DNA of 64,000 nt from Octopus vulgaris (GCA_951406725.2 OX597817.1:89838001-89902000), one strand, 5' to 3'. Positions 38,927 to 53,155 are shown, counted from the first letter of the stretch. Made by a program: numbers and translations. The notes: a model not told the origin generated them from the sequence alone.

Positions 38927-39397
38927 ATCATCATCATCATCATCATCATCGTTTAACATCCGCTTTCCATGCTAGCATGAGTTAGACGATTTGATGGAAG
39001 ACTGGAGAACCAGATGGCTGCACCAGGCTCCAATCTGATCTGGCAGAATTTCTACAGCTGGATGCCCTCCCTAAAGCCAACCACTCTGAGAGTGTAGTGG
39101 GTACTTTTAAGTGCCACCAACATGAGGGCCAGTCAGGCAGTACTGGCAACGGCCACACTCAAATGGTGTTTTTTACGTGTCACCTGCATGGGAGCCAGTC
39201 CAGCGGCTCTGGCAACGACCTCACTAGAATGTTTTTTTCATGTGCCAGTAAGGTGATGCTGGTAATGATCACGCACGAATGGTGCTTTTTACGTGCCACC
39301 AGCATGGGAGCCAGCTAGCTGCTCTGGCAACAATTACGCTCAGATGGTACTCTTAGTGCACCACTAGCATGGATGCCAGTCATCGAATTTGATTTCA
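38927..39397 (-). mobile_element. RTE 3' UTR and tail with tandem units
   Basis: Close to the reverse complement of 32865-33393. Confidence 0.85.
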
Positions 39398-39839
39398 TAC
39401 ACACATATATTGACAAGCTGGCTTTAGTTAGCCTGGTCTATAGTTGAGGATGCTTGCCCCAGGTGCCATACTGTGGGACTGAATCTGAAACCATATAATT
39501 GGGAAGCAAACCTCTTACCACACAGCCATGCCTGTGTGTATATATCTTTTACTTTTATTTGTTTCAGTCATTAAACTGTATCCATGCTGGGGCACTGCCT
39601 TAAAGAATTTCCAGTCTTCTGTGAAATGTGTTTTGCTATTGGAAACATATTTCCCTGCTTGGAAACAAGTGAGGGTTGACATCAAGAAGAGTATCCAGCC
39701 ATAGAAAAATCTCGCTTACCTAATTCTGTCTAACCCATGCAAGCATGGAAAAGTGGATAATGACGACAACGACAGTTACGATGATGACAATGATGATGAT
39801 GATGATAATGACAACAACAAAGATGACGATGGTGATGAT

Positions 39840-40250
39840 AGGCGCAGGAGTGGTTGTGTAGTAAGTAGCTTGCTTACCAACCACATGGTTCCGGGTTCAT
39901 TCCCACTGCGTGGAACCTTGGGCAAGTGTCTTCTACAATAGCCTCGGGTCGACCAAAGCCTTGTGATTAGATTTGGTAGATGGAAACTGAAAGAAGCCCA
40001 TCGTATATATGTATATATATATATGTATGTATGTGTGTGTATATGTTTGTGTGTCTGTGTTTGTCCCCTCAACATTGTTTGACAACCAATGCTGGTGCGT
40101 ATTCGTCCACGTAACCTAGTGGTTTGACAAAAGAGACCTATAGGATAAGTACTAAGCTTCCAAAGAATAAGTTCTGGGGTCAATTTGCTCAACTAAAGGC
40201 GGTGTTCCAGCATGGCTGCAATCATATGACTGAAACAAGTAAAAGTGAAA
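39840..40250 (+). mobile_element. SINE family A, full length
   Basis: Match to family A; a partial opposite-strand copy lies at 39410-39600. Confidence 0.9.
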
Positions 40251-40829
40251 GAGAAAGAGAGAGAATGACGACAACAATGATGATGATGATGATGCTGATG
40301 ACACTGATGATGTTGAAGATGATGATGATGATGATGATGACGATAACGATGATCATGATCACAGCGATGACAATGATGATGAAGCCGTAAAACAAAACAG
40401 TTGATGCAAATGATGCATGGTTACTGTTAACTCTTGTCTGGATGTGGAGTTGGTATGGCTGCAAACTAAGCCTCACCGGCAAGGGGTTTTATTTGCACCC
40501 TTTTTTGGTGGTGGGAGCTGCATGGATGAAAGGAGGAAAATTAAGTTGGCATGACATAGGTTAAAAGAACCCAGAAATTTGTCTGGTAAATTCATTGTTT
40601 TCCAGTACTGCACTGCTAGCAGCACATATACTGTTTGAATCTCAAGGTGATGACAATATTGTGATTACCTGTCAATGGCTGATGAAGGGAATATCCAGCA
40701 ACTCAAGCTGTGTGTGTGTGTGTGTGTGTGTGTATGCACGCATGTGCGTGTGTGTGATCATCCATGTTTAATATCTTGGAGTGAAGGAGTGAGTTTAGAG
40801 AAGAGAAGTTAGGATATGTAAATTGTTGA

Positions 40830-40968
40830 GATAGACAGACAGACAGACGGACAGATAGATAGCTAGATAGATAGAGAGAGAGAGAGAAAAAGAGACAGGC
40901 AGGCAGACAGATAGACGGACAAACATAGACAGATAGCTAGCTAGATAGATAAGTATATAGATAAATAT

Positions 40969-41058
<90 letters not shown>

Positions 41059-41104
41059 GGATAGATAGATAGATAGATAGATGGATGGATGGATGGATAG
41101 ATAG

Positions 41105-41135
<31 letters not shown>

Positions 41136-41150
41136 GATAAGACAGATCAA
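40830..41150. repeat. (GACA)n/(GATA)n/(GGAT)n tetranucleotide array
   Basis: Seen directly. Confidence 0.95.
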
Positions 41151-41566
41151 TACATAGGTTAGACAGAGAATGGAAAAAGAATGAAAATGTGTGTGGACAC
41201 AGATAGTCGTGGAGTGAGAGAAGGGAAAAGAGAAGGTTTTGTGTGTGTGTGTGTGTGTGTTTCGCAGTTTAGTTAAGTCGGAAGTGTGTATGGAATTATT
41301 CTAGACAGGTGTTGCTGGTTAAACTCTTGTCTCCATTGATCTGTTCTGTGTCTGTCTGCTGGCCTCAGCTCTTTCTGTCTTTCTATCTCTTTATTGCTGT
41401 ACCTCTTGGCCTCTTCTTTCTCTCTCTCTCTCCCACTCTCTACTTCTCTCTCTCCCCCTGTCTCTCTCCTGCCTTCTTCACCTATCTGCTTGGCTAACTA
41501 GGGAGATGATTTACTATCCAACTATATATTTATGCCTATCTATCAACCTAGCATGCTAGTTCCATT

Positions 41567-41608
<42 letters not shown>

Positions 41609-41636
41609 GCTAAGATTCTTATATGTATAATATAAA

Positions 41637-41671
<35 letters not shown>

Positions 41672-41675
<4 letters not shown>

Positions 41676-41890
41676 TCATCATCATCATCATCGTTTAACG
41701 TCCACTTTCCATGGTAGCTTGGGTTGGATGATTTGACTGAGGACTGGCAAACCAGATGGCTGCACCAGGCTCCAATCTGATCTGGCATAGTTTCTACAGC
41801 TGGATGCCCTTCCTAACACCAACCACTCTGAGAGTGTAGTGGGTGCTTTTATGTGCCACCGGCTCGAGGGCTAGTCAGGTGGTATTGGTA
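41672..41890 (-). mobile_element. RTE tail fragment
   Basis: Match to the family tail. Confidence 0.85.
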
Positions 41891-42034
41891 TATATATATA
41901 TAAATATATATATATGTATATGTATGTATATATATATATGCATATATTTACGAATTTGTGTTGCACAGATTTCTGATGTAAAACCATGTTGAAACAGATA
42001 GTGTTATATTTCGGGGTGGTCACTTTTTTTTTTT

Positions 42035-42264
42035 TTACCAAATAAACACATGCACTATATATTTGTTCTTCACTTGTTTATTACTGTTCTTATTTTATCT
42101 TAGTCCATTAGAGATTGGACTAAGTAGAGCAGGAGGATACACATGCATGGAAAGGGTCGCTGAAGAGGTCACAGATGTGTGACAAAAGATTTCAATTAAG
42201 ATGAATTAAGAACAGAAATAAATGAGCGAAGAATGAATATATATTGTGTGTGTTTATTTGGTAA
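42035..42264. repeat. Fold-back structure: ~67-bp imperfect inverted arms enclosing a decayed hammerhead (42156-42196)
   Basis: 42035-42101 pairs with 42197-42264; internal GTCG-CTGAAGA-GGTCAC...GTGAC-AAAA; a related arm occurs at 1393-1480. Confidence 0.7.
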
Positions 42265-42577
42265 AAGAAAAAATATATAACAATATACATATATTATGTT
42301 TTTGTTTTTATGTTTTCATTTCTCATTGTGTTCAACATCTTTTTGATGTCCTGTACCCATATATGCATGTATATATACATATATATGTAGGTATGTACAT
42401 ATATGTATGTATATATGTATATATTTATATATTATTTATATTATATATATATATATATATTTATATAGCTTGTTATCTATATATATATATATATATATGT
42501 ATATATGTGTGTGTATATATATATATATATGGGTAAAATTCTTGCTATCTGCTTATACACTCTCTATAGCTAATTTA

Positions 42578-42654
<77 letters not shown>

Positions 42655-42745
42655 AATCTATCTATCTATTGAACTGGGTTATTATCAACCCATATAATTA
42701 TGTTCAACTGGCTTCCTGTGTCTGTCTATCTCTGTCTCTCTCTCA

Positions 42746-42787
<42 letters not shown>

Positions 42788-43224
42788 CTCTCACTCTCTC
42801 TCTTCATATACATGTGTGTGTGTGTGTATGTATGTATTTATGTATGTGAATATTCGTCTAGCTATCTTTCTTGTTATCTATGTTTATATATATCTTTCTA
42901 GATCTGTAATAGAAACTATGTGCCCTATGTGCCACCATGTAGAAAATCTGCCTCAAGAAACTCAGTCCACCTCGTGCAAGCATGGAAACATGGACGTTAA
43001 AATGATGATGATGATGATGATGATGATGGTGGTGATCTTGGGTTTTCCACTGGTTTCCTTCATTTGCTGACTATTTTCATAGACCAACTGAGCATAAAAA
43101 TGAAAATTAAACTCCAGATTAACAGAATAAATTTGATTAAACATTAATTAATGCAACATGGCAGAAAACAACTGGAATAAACAACTGCATATACACATAC
43201 AAACCTTAATCATCATCATCATCC

Positions 43225-43259
<35 letters not shown>

Positions 43260-43635
43260 GTCATCGTCATCATCATTTTAATCTCCCCTTTTTCCATACA
43301 TAGGTTGGACGGAATTTATGGAGCCGGATTCTCTACAGCTAGATGCTTTTTCTGTCACCAACCTAATGGTTGATACCCATCATAATATGCTTTTCTGCGT
43401 GCCCCTGGATATTTTATTATGAACTGCAAATTGAAAACTGCTTATTTGGATGGATAACTAGCCAAGTAGCAAGCCTGCCATCTACTTGTGTAGTTAAAAA
43501 TCTGGCTAGCTGACTGGTTTGCAATCTACTTTTACAGCTAGCTAAAATGTTGAGTTGCTATCGACCTTTGTATTTATCTATCAAGATAACTGCTTTGTTA
43601 TGTACCTATATAGTTATACATCCATCTAAATAGGC

Positions 43636-44100
43636 CTTTATCTTTTATCTGTTTCAGTCATTAGACAGTGGCCATGCTGGGGCACTGCATTGAAGACCTT
43701 TTAGTTAAATGAATGGACCTCAGGACTTTTTTTAAGTTTGGTACTTATTCTATCAGTCTCTTTTTGCCAAACCACTAAGTTATGGGGATGTAAACAAACC
43801 AGCACCAGTTGTCAAGCAGTAGTGGGGGGCAAACATGGGCACAAGACATACACACATAGCTATAAATACACACACACACACATGCGCAGGCATGCACACA
43901 CATGCACACACATGCACACACACACACACATGCACATACACACACATGCTCACACACACACACATGCACACACAAACACACACACAATGGGCTTCTTTTA
44001 GTTTCCATCTACCAAATCCATTCACAAGATTTGGTCATCCTGAAACTATAGAAGAAGACACTTGCCCTAGGTGCCATGCAGTTGGACAACCACTACTGCA
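43636..44100 (-). mobile_element. SINE family A, decayed, with expanded internal CA tract
   Basis: Degenerate match to family A. Confidence 0.75.
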
Positions 44101-44344
44101 CCTATTGATGTAGATTAGTTTCACCAATCTCTCCATTTAGACGATCAATCCCAAAAGAATACAAGGCAAAGTTGATTTTGAGGACAGAGTTTTAGAATCT
44201 CAAGGCATTCTATCCAATACTCTATTTGTTTGGGGAATTTACTACATTAAATGTATAAATGCATGCATGCATGGATGGATGGATGGATGGATGGATGTAT
44301 GGATGGATGGATGGACAGATGAATGGATGTACTTCTCTTTCTCT

Positions 44345-44684
44345 TTTTAATTTTGGTAGCAAGGTTGTGAAGGAAAGCATCTTGTTTTAATCATCACCTT
44401 TTAAATCTTAAGATTGCAGATTTTTATAGTCCCAGACATGATCATTTGTTGCGTAAAAATTAAGGATTTGCAGTCTCTCCCCAAGATCTCAAGTTCTGCC
44501 ATATTTTACTTCAGACAGCTTGGTACATATCCTGTAGCTCCAATAATAATAAATATCAAATATGAGGCTGAAAGTATATCTTGGGTACTAGATTTTCAAA
44601 GATGTCCTCTTTCTCTTGTATTTTTCTAACCACAGAGGACAGCTGATTTCCACAATAGAACTTATCTTTTCTTTGTGGTCCCAT
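44345..44684 (-). mobile_element. RLE LINE 3' fragment
   Basis: Minus strand translates WD.KEKISSIVEISCP...EKED...IGATGYV...SGTIKIC. Confidence 0.7.
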
Positions 44685-46780
44685 GTATGTATGTATGCAT
44701 GTATGTATGTATGTATGTATGTATGTATGTATGTATGTATGTATGTATGTATGTATGTATGTCTCTTCTATTTTTTAATTATTATAAATCTTCCACTGAG
44801 GGAGCTGGTTTCCAACAAAGATACAAGTCTCCATCTTTGGGATGTAGTTAACACAGACAAATTCACATTTGGAATTTGAGAAAAGTCTTGCATATTTTTA
44901 CTGTTCCACTCACAGATTGCACTTGTAATGTATGAATAAGCTGGTCAATTTCTGTTTCTGAAAATCCCAGTTTATCCAGATTCTCCTTTAAGCACTTACT
45001 AACAAAACTTAGTGTTCCAATTATTATCAGTATGAATATGAATTCAGTCTGGATATAGAAGCTAGAGGTTTCGAAGCAGTTGTCCATAGACATTCTCTTT
45101 CTCTCTGATTTTCAAAGAGATATTTATATCTGCAGGGCAGCTAACCTCTATGATGGCACATACCTTTGCCCCTCTGTCCCAGACAACAATATCAGCCTAT
45201 CATGTTTACATTTGACAGAAGTTTTAATGGGAATATTCCATCAGTGTTCCTTGAGTTGGTGTTTATGAATGTATTCCATAACAAAGTGATTTTCTAAGTT
45301 TATTTCAGGACAGTCTTTTTTGCGGATGGTGTTATAATTGTTTTAGCAACATCGTCACATGCGTGATGTCTTCCACAGAAACATGACACAACCTACACAT
45401 GTGGTTGCACCTTGGGATTACAAGAATGTCACTGCCTCTCTTGTTCACAAGGTACTTTGTGTCAATCTCCTGTTCCTGGATTACAAATGCATAACCTTCA
45501 AAGTGTGATGTGATGAAGTGGTCTTGTATCCAACAGAGGCTGTGCTTTGTGTCAATTCTACTGTCTTCTTGAAGCTTCTGGGCAACATAACCATGCATGG
45601 TCTTTTTTTGCATGCTGAGTGCTTTCAATCCAGGTCTTCTCTGAGGTAAGAGAGCCCAGCTGTTTTGAGGCTTTATATAAGATCATCAAGAAGATAGTGT
45701 TTCTTGAGGAGTTCACTGCCAACTTGTACACTGTTGCTCACTTCACTTTTCAGGACTGCACTAATATATTTAGTTTTGCTGCTGTTGTTTAGGTGCTGCC
45801 TGAGTAATACCATATGGCATTTGAAGGCCATCTGTGCAAATCTCAAGCCTCTACAACCTTCATTTCTTCTTAGGATTTTGTGGGTTTTGATATCTATGGA
45901 GTGGATTTCCTCTACAGACCAATCGAGTATCCCAGATGTTGGGATCAGCACTGGTACTGCAAATGCATTGTGGGATATTGTTTTGTTGTAAGAGGAGAGT
46001 TCCGACTGCCACACTTTCCTAAGTCTGGTGTAATATTCTCGGATCATTGTCTTTATTCCCAGTGCATTCATATGATACATCTATGCCTAGGTACTTGTAA
46101 CATTCTTTGTGTGGAATGGGGGAGATAGAGAGACCATTGATGTATAGGTTTTGGATTTTGAGGACTGACTTTCCTCATTCTATAACCAAATATGAACATT
46201 TCTTTTGGCCAAATTCCATGCCTATATCAGCTGAAAATATTGTTAATTCCAGTTGTTTTTTGGCATTGTTAACACTTTTAGCATAAATCTTCAGGTCATC
46301 TACAAAGAAATTGTGAGTTACATTGATATTTCTGGCAGTTGGAGATCCTAGCATGTAACCATTTGCAGTAGAAACAATAATGGATTCAGTGCCAAAATGA
46401 AAAGTACAGAAAGATTATCTCCTTTTGTAATGCCTATACTATTAGAAACAATTATCTTGTTCTCACTTGTAAGGGTAAGAATAGTTGTCCATGTCTCTGT
46501 GAGCCTCTCTATAGCAGCAATTAAGGTAGTAGGTACCTTTGCCAGATGTAGGCACTTCAACAGCCATGAATGAGGGACAGAGTCAAATGCCTTCTTATAG
46601 TCAAGCCATACTGTCACAAGGTTTCTGTGTTGTTTTCTTACTTCAGATAATACAACTTTGTTTATTAAAAGTTGTTCAGCACATCGCCACACTCCCTTCT
46701 TTCCACCAGCCTGTGCATCAGTCACAATGTTGTTCAACTCATAATGGTCCTTGAGGAATTGGTTGAGGCAACTTGTGTAC
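44685..46780 (-). mobile_element. R4/Dong/NeSL-like RLE LINE (RT, CCHC knuckle, RLE) with (TACA)n tail, pseudogenised
   Basis: QAGGKKG...EQLLINK...WLDYKKAFDSVPHSWL, FVDDLK, RLRKVWQSELSSYNK, FEGYAFVIQEQEI.TK, CRLC..VEDITH, SCPAD. Confidence 0.9.
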
Positions 46781-46789
46781 AGTTTGTAC

Positions 46790-47330
46790 ATATGTATGTA
46801 TGCTTGTATGTACATAAGTATGTATGTCATTATTTAGTTTTATTTCAAAATTTCTAACCAATAGAGAAAGAGCCAATTTCTTACCTAGATCCAAGTCTCC
46901 TTCACTGGAATTTCATCATCAATAGGGTATGTATGTATGTGTGTATCTGTTCAGATTTGTATGTTTTGTTTTATGTATGTATTCTCAGGCATATAGTTGC
47001 ATGTCTAGACAGGCTCATATATATTCAAATGATAAACTTCTGGAAAGTTTTACAGATTTTTACATTTCCAGTGATGGATTGGATCTGTAGTTTTCGAATC
47101 AGCTTTCTCCTTTCTGGTTTTGAGATGCCTAATTTCTCAAGATTGGTATTTAGGCAGTGTGTTACATATTCCAGTGCCCTAAATAATTACAGGTATAAAC
47201 CTGAACTTGTAGTCTGGATAGAGGAACCCAAGATTTCTCAATAGATCAGTGTAGGTATTTTCTTTTTCACTGATCTTTAGCTTTATGTTAATATCGGCTG
47301 GGTAGCTGATTTCCACAGCTGTACAGTTTT
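46790..47330 (-). mobile_element. RLE LINE 3' fragment with TACA-type tail
   Basis: CTAVEISYPADINIKLKISEKENTY..LLRNL..LYPDYKFRFIPVII, close to 20870-21272. Confidence 0.82.
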
Positions 47331-48042
47331 TCTTGTATGTATATGTGCATACATGCATGTATGAATCTATGTATGACATCAAACTGCATCTGGTAGTTGG
47401 ACCCTTAGGTAGGAATAGCAGGCTTTTGAGGAATGTGGAACTACCTCTTTGCCACTGTTGTTCCCAGGTCTAATCAGACCCAGAGTAACAGCACCTGTCA
47501 GGGTCCCAGCAAATGAACCACTGGGATTAAAGGACATGTAGTTCTCATTAGAACATCCTTCTAGAAGGTAAACTTGTATAAAATACCTGAAGTGCAGTTG
47601 GTTTCTGGTCATTCAACCACTGCTATGTCACTAGTTTTATATCTGATAATGCTGAAAAGTGAGTTCAGTGCTGTGCAGCACTTTATTCACTCAAAACAAA
47701 TTCAGGTGCCAGAACTTCTTGGAGTCTCTGAACATTTGCACAGACTTATTGAGCTCAGAAAGTGGTCTTATTCAGTCATGAGCTGATTTCCACCATGCAT
47801 GTATGCGTGAGTGTGCGTCTAATCCCAGGACTTATGAATAATTTATTGCTTACTTGCAGCTGTTGAAAATTTTCAAAGTTTAGAAGCTCACAGCTTATAG
47901 AAGCAGTAAGCATATTATGACAGTAAAATTTAAATAATGGTACAAGGTCGTTCTAGGTTAATAACTACAGTAATAATATAGAGTGGTTTATAAATAAATA
48001 TGTATTTATGTATGTATGTATGTATGTATGTATGTATGTATG

Positions 48043-48080
<38 letters not shown>

Positions 48081-48139
48081 CACATATATATGAATGTATA
48101 TATATATCATATATATATGTATATATATACATGTAAACT

Positions 48140-48485
48140 CAACTTCGTTGGTCACACGAATGACCATGGGTGCGCCTAGGTTCCTCACTGGAGTAGAAGT
48201 CTGGGCAGAAAGTCGTCTCACTGACAAATGCACAACCTAAGGTTATTTTTATGGAAGACCAGCAGTCACCCATCCATACCAGCCTCCCCTCTCCACACCA
48301 CCGATGTTATCCAAGGGAAAGGCAAAGGCGAATACAGCTTGGCACCTGTGATGTCGCAACCCATTTCTACAGCTGAGTTAACTGGAGCAACGTGAAATAG
48401 AGTGTCTTGTTTAAGAACACAACATGCAGCCCAGTCCGGGAATCGAACACACAATCCACAATTCAAAGCTCAAGCCATGTGCCTT
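48140..48485 (-). mobile_element. tRNA-derived SINE (family D); further copies at 50705-51040 (-), 52220-52390 (-), 60358-60640 (+) and a decayed one near 8640-8760 (+)
   Basis: B-box gttcgattccc followed by gtgttctt.a.caagacact.tattt and a shared body ending in cccatggtcattc.tgacc. Confidence 0.8.
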
Positions 48486-48504
48486 TACATATATAAATGT
48501 ATAA

Positions 48505-48551
<47 letters not shown>

Positions 48552-48584
48552 TGTATGTATGTATACATATACATATCTATATAT

Positions 48585-49650
48585 AAGGAGGTACCAAAAG
48601 TAACCAGAAACGTTCTCTGCAGGATAAGCCCAATGTAGTGCAGGATTCCACAACTTATGTGGTTACCTTCAGGCATCAGTCTGCCAACTGGCATCACTGG
48701 GGGATGTCGTACTGCCACATAGTGCATCATTGTTTTCCAGTGCTTCTCCTCTGTTGGTCAATTTTTGCTATGGCTGAAATGAAAGACCAGCATGCTTCCA
48801 TGAAATCTTGTTTTCTGCTGGGGAAAATGTTGACCAAAACAGTTGTCATGCTTCAAACAGCTTACAAGGATGCTGCCATGAGCAAAGCACAAGTTTATGA
48901 GTGGTTTCTATGCTTTAGGAATGGTCCCATGTTCCTTGAAGTCCAACCACGCTCAGGCTAACTGTTGACCTCATGAACAAAAGAAAACATAATGAAAACT
49001 TGTTAACTAATCTTGAAGAACATCACCAAGCAATTAACAAACTTGTTGATATGACTGGTGTGTCCTGGAGCTCCTGCCAATGAATTTTGAGTGAGGAATT
49101 GCGAGTAAAAATAGTTGCAGCAAAATTTGTGCCTCACTTGCTCATTGCAGATCAAAAGTAGTCACGACTGAATGCGTTTCATTAACTGAAAGAACAGTTG
49201 GAAGTTGATTCAGACCTTTTTTTGAAGGTCATCACTGGTGACAAAAGCTGCTGTTATGGCTACGACCCAGAAACAAAGCAGCAATCAAGTCAATGGAAGC
49301 ATTCAATATCCCCACACTCCCAAAAAGTGTGTCAAGGGAAGTTCAATGTCAAGAGGATGCTGGTTTGTTTCATTGATGCAAAAGGAATTATCCACACAGC
49401 ATTTGTTCCTACTGATCAAGCTGTTAACCAAACATTTTACTTGGCAGTTCTGAAGCTTTTGTGAAATGCAGTGAGATGAGAACACCATGACCTGTGGCAA
49501 GATGGAGAGTGGTGGTTTCATTATGACAATGCACCTGCATACACTGGCTTTGAGAATTTGACAGGTTTTGACCAAACATGCCAACCCACCCTCGCAATTC
49601 ACCCAATCTTGTTCCCTGTGACTTTTTCTTGTTCTTTTGAATGCAAAAAA
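48585..49650 (+). mobile_element. Defective mariner transposon (second subfamily), 3' end decayed
   Basis: MLQTAYKDAAMSKAQVYEWF..F.NG...PRSG, AKFVPHLL, ITGD.SCCYGYDPETKQQSSQWK, FHYDNAPAYT. Confidence 0.88.
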
Positions 49651-49914
49651 GTCCTTAATGCAAAGTATAACACTGATATCACAATGTGTCCTATCAAACA
49701 GTTTTACTTTATTCATTGCACTTGGAGTGATTTTTTTTTCAATCTATAAATGGTAAATTTGACTTAGGCATGATTTAAATGCAAAATTCAGAGAATCAAA
49801 ATGAATACTGTGAAGAATTCTATCAATATTCTAACAAATCTGACAACTCACTGTTATAATACAGATATGAAAGTTATATACACTACCTTTTACACACGCA
49901 TGCATGCGCGCACG

Positions 49915-49962
<48 letters not shown>

Positions 49963-50260
49963 ACACCACACCACACCACATGCACACATATATAAATATA
50001 TAAGTTCGGGTAAGTTATAAAAGTAGAGTACTTTTGGAGAAGCACTCAACCTGAGTTCTGGGCTATGAACATTGTTGGATTCCAGACTAATACTGAAGTT
50101 CACCTCATGTAGAAAATCCTGGTTTCATGACAATAAAAGTGTTGTGTGAGTGTAGGAAAGAGTAAACTATAGTCCAAATAATAATATAAAGAATAAAACA
50201 AGGAGATCCTTTAACACATCTTAAATGATATGTTAAAGAATTTCTTCGAGTTATTATTCT

Positions 50261-50665
50261 TTTATTTTTTACTTGTTTCAGTAATTTGACTGTGGCCATG
50301 CTGAAGCACCACCTTTAGTCAAACAAATCGACCCCAGGACTTATTCTTTGTAAACCTAGGACTTATTTTTTATAGCCTAGTCTCTTTTGGTGAACCACTA
50401 AGTTACGGGGACATAAACATACCAACGTCAGTTGTCAAGCAATGGTGGGGGACAAACACACACACACACAAATATATACATGTATGAATATATATATATA
50501 CGATAGGCTTCTTTCAGTTTCTGTCTACCAAATCTGCTCACAAGGCTTTGTTCAGCCCAAGGCTATATTAGAAGACACTTGTCCAATGTGCCATGCAATG
50601 GGATTGAACCCAGAACCATGTTTTTGAGAAGCAAGCTTCTTACCACACAGTCACTCCTGTGCCTA
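50261..50665 (-). mobile_element. SINE family A, full length
   Basis: Match to family A. Confidence 0.88.
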
Positions 50666-51205
50666 TATTTGGATTATATATGTATATATATATAAAGGGT
50701 AAAGGGTGAACACCCCCTTTGGTCATGAATGATCATAGGATTGCACTTAGAAAATTTCCTTCCAAGACACAGGTCTGGGCAAGGTTGATTGTGGAGGACC
50801 AGCAGTTGCCCATCCATACCAGCCTCTTCTCACCACACCATCGATGTTGTCCAAAGGAAAGGCAAAGGCTGATACAACTTGGGGACCAGTGATTCCATAA
50901 CTCATTTCTACAGATGAGTGAACTGAAGGAATGGAAAATAAAGTGTCTTGCTCAAGAACACAACACACTGCCTGGTCCAGGAACTCACGGCCTCACGATT
51001 GTCACCCCAACACTCAAACCACTGAGCCATGTGCCTTCACATATATATATGTGTGTGTGTGCATGCACACATGCACACACACACACACACACACTTAACA
51101 AATGAGAGAAAGAGAAAATGGAATTCATAAGATTCTTTATTAATCACAATTATCATTCCAAACTCATCTTGCATCAGTCTCTCTCACCACCCCACATATA
51201 TGTGC

Positions 51206-51256
<51 letters not shown>

Positions 51257-51322
51257 TGTAGGTAAGGTAATGCAAACAGGATAATTAGAACTCAGAATAT
51301 GAGTATATGTATAGTTTTATTA

Positions 51323-51406
51323 ATATTTAGTAGAAGTAACAGAGTGACAAGTGCCAATGCATGAAACTATCAGACCTCAAGTCACTCTGTTACTTCTGCT
51401 AAATAT
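51323..51406. repeat. 26-bp inverted repeat with one mismatch and a 32-nt loop
   Basis: atatttagtagaagtaacagagtgac / gtcactctgttacttctgctaaatat; the loop contains gcatGAAACtatc. Confidence 0.9.
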
Positions 51407-52389
51407 ACATATCTATATCTACATCTATAATATGTTTGTGTGTGTATGCAAATACATATGTATATTATGTAACAGTTTGACTCAGCTTCGTATGGTTTAA
51501 AATTTTGTTACATTTGATGAGATGCATTTGTCCTATGCACTCACAAAACTTCAAGTCATTCCCGTTGATGTGATCAACAAAAGAGCCTCTCATGAAATGA
51601 GCATACAAGTGGCTGAGCACTCTACAGATACAAGTAACATTAAAGTAATCCTCAGGGAGATTCAGTATGACACAAAATGTGACACAGCTGCCACCTTTTA
51701 TATACAAGTTTTGCTCATTTTTGCTACACCAATTAGATATAAAGTGTCTTACTCAACACAAAATGCACTGTCGAGAATTGAACTCACAACCTTACAATTG
51801 TGAGCAGAATACTCTAACCATTTAGCAACATTGTTTCTATGTTAAATAGCACTGGTGCTGATGTCATATAAAAAGCACTGGTGATGGTGCCACATAAAAT
51901 GTATCCAGTACATTCTGTGGAATGGTTGGTGTAAGGAAGGGCATCCAACCATAGAAAAGAAGCCAAAACAGAATCTGGTGCAGCCTCTGGCCTTGACAAT
52001 TCCTGTCACAGGATCCAACTTATGTCAGCATAGAATATGGACACTAAACGTTGATGTTGATGATGATGATGATGAGGTTGTGTTGAGCATCTGTCCAACC
52101 CATGCCTGTACTGAAAAGCAGATGCCAAAATGAGGACGATGATGACGATGGTAGCAATGTTGAAGTTGACAATGATGAGAGCCACTGGAACACCAAAGAC
52201 ATGATAACAGGTGGGAAAGAGCGGGCTGCACTAATGCTAGGGCAGTATGCATTTACAACAGAGTCAACAAGAGCAAGATAAAATAAAGAGCTTTGCTCAA
52301 GAATACAATGATCTACCCAGTCCAGGAATTGAACCAACAGCCTTATGTTCATGATGAGCCCCAGTAACTTAACCACTAAGTCACATAAC

Positions 52390-52433
<44 letters not shown>

Positions 52434-52616
52434 TATACACATACAAACACACACACTCTCTCTCACATGCGCAGACATGAACACACACACACCCTCTTTC
52501 CCTCACACACACATTCTCTCTCTCCCTCACATACACATAATACATATTTAGGATATGCTTCTTCATGGGAACAAAGGCGTTCACAGGTTGGTAATTAGAG
52601 TTAAATACATTAACTT

Positions 52617-52740
52617 ATTTACATAATAGTTTTGTAGGTTTACATATCTCCTTCAATCAACATTGATCTGTTTGACTAGATTGGAAAGATATCAATGTTG
52701 ATCAAAACAGATTTACAAAACTGTAAACTATTGTGTAAAT
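52617..52740. repeat. Imperfect ~50-bp inverted repeat
   Basis: atttacataatagttt...atcaacattgat versus atcaatgttgat...aaactattgtgtaaat. Confidence 0.7.
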
Positions 52741-52770
52741 TAAAATAAATTATATATATATATATATAGA

Positions 52771-52818
<48 letters not shown>

Positions 52819-52886
52819 TACATACATACATACATACATACATACAGAGAGAGAAAGATAGATAGATAGATAGATAGATACATACA

Positions 52887-52917
<31 letters not shown>

Positions 52918-53155
52918 TTACATACATACATACATATGTATATGTATGCATATATATGTATGTATAAATACACATACACACACACATACTCGTATATATA
53001 CATATATATGCATATGTATACATACAAATATATGTATGTGTGTGTATCTGCATATATTAATATGCATATATATATATGTACCCACACACAAACATATATA
53101 TATATATATATAAGTATATATATATGTGTGTGTTTGCCTACAAACCCATTTGAAA

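Noticed and set aside
40675-40710. Hammerhead at ggCTGATGAaggg
   Set aside because: Only the 5' half of the core is present before a (GT)n tract; too little to call
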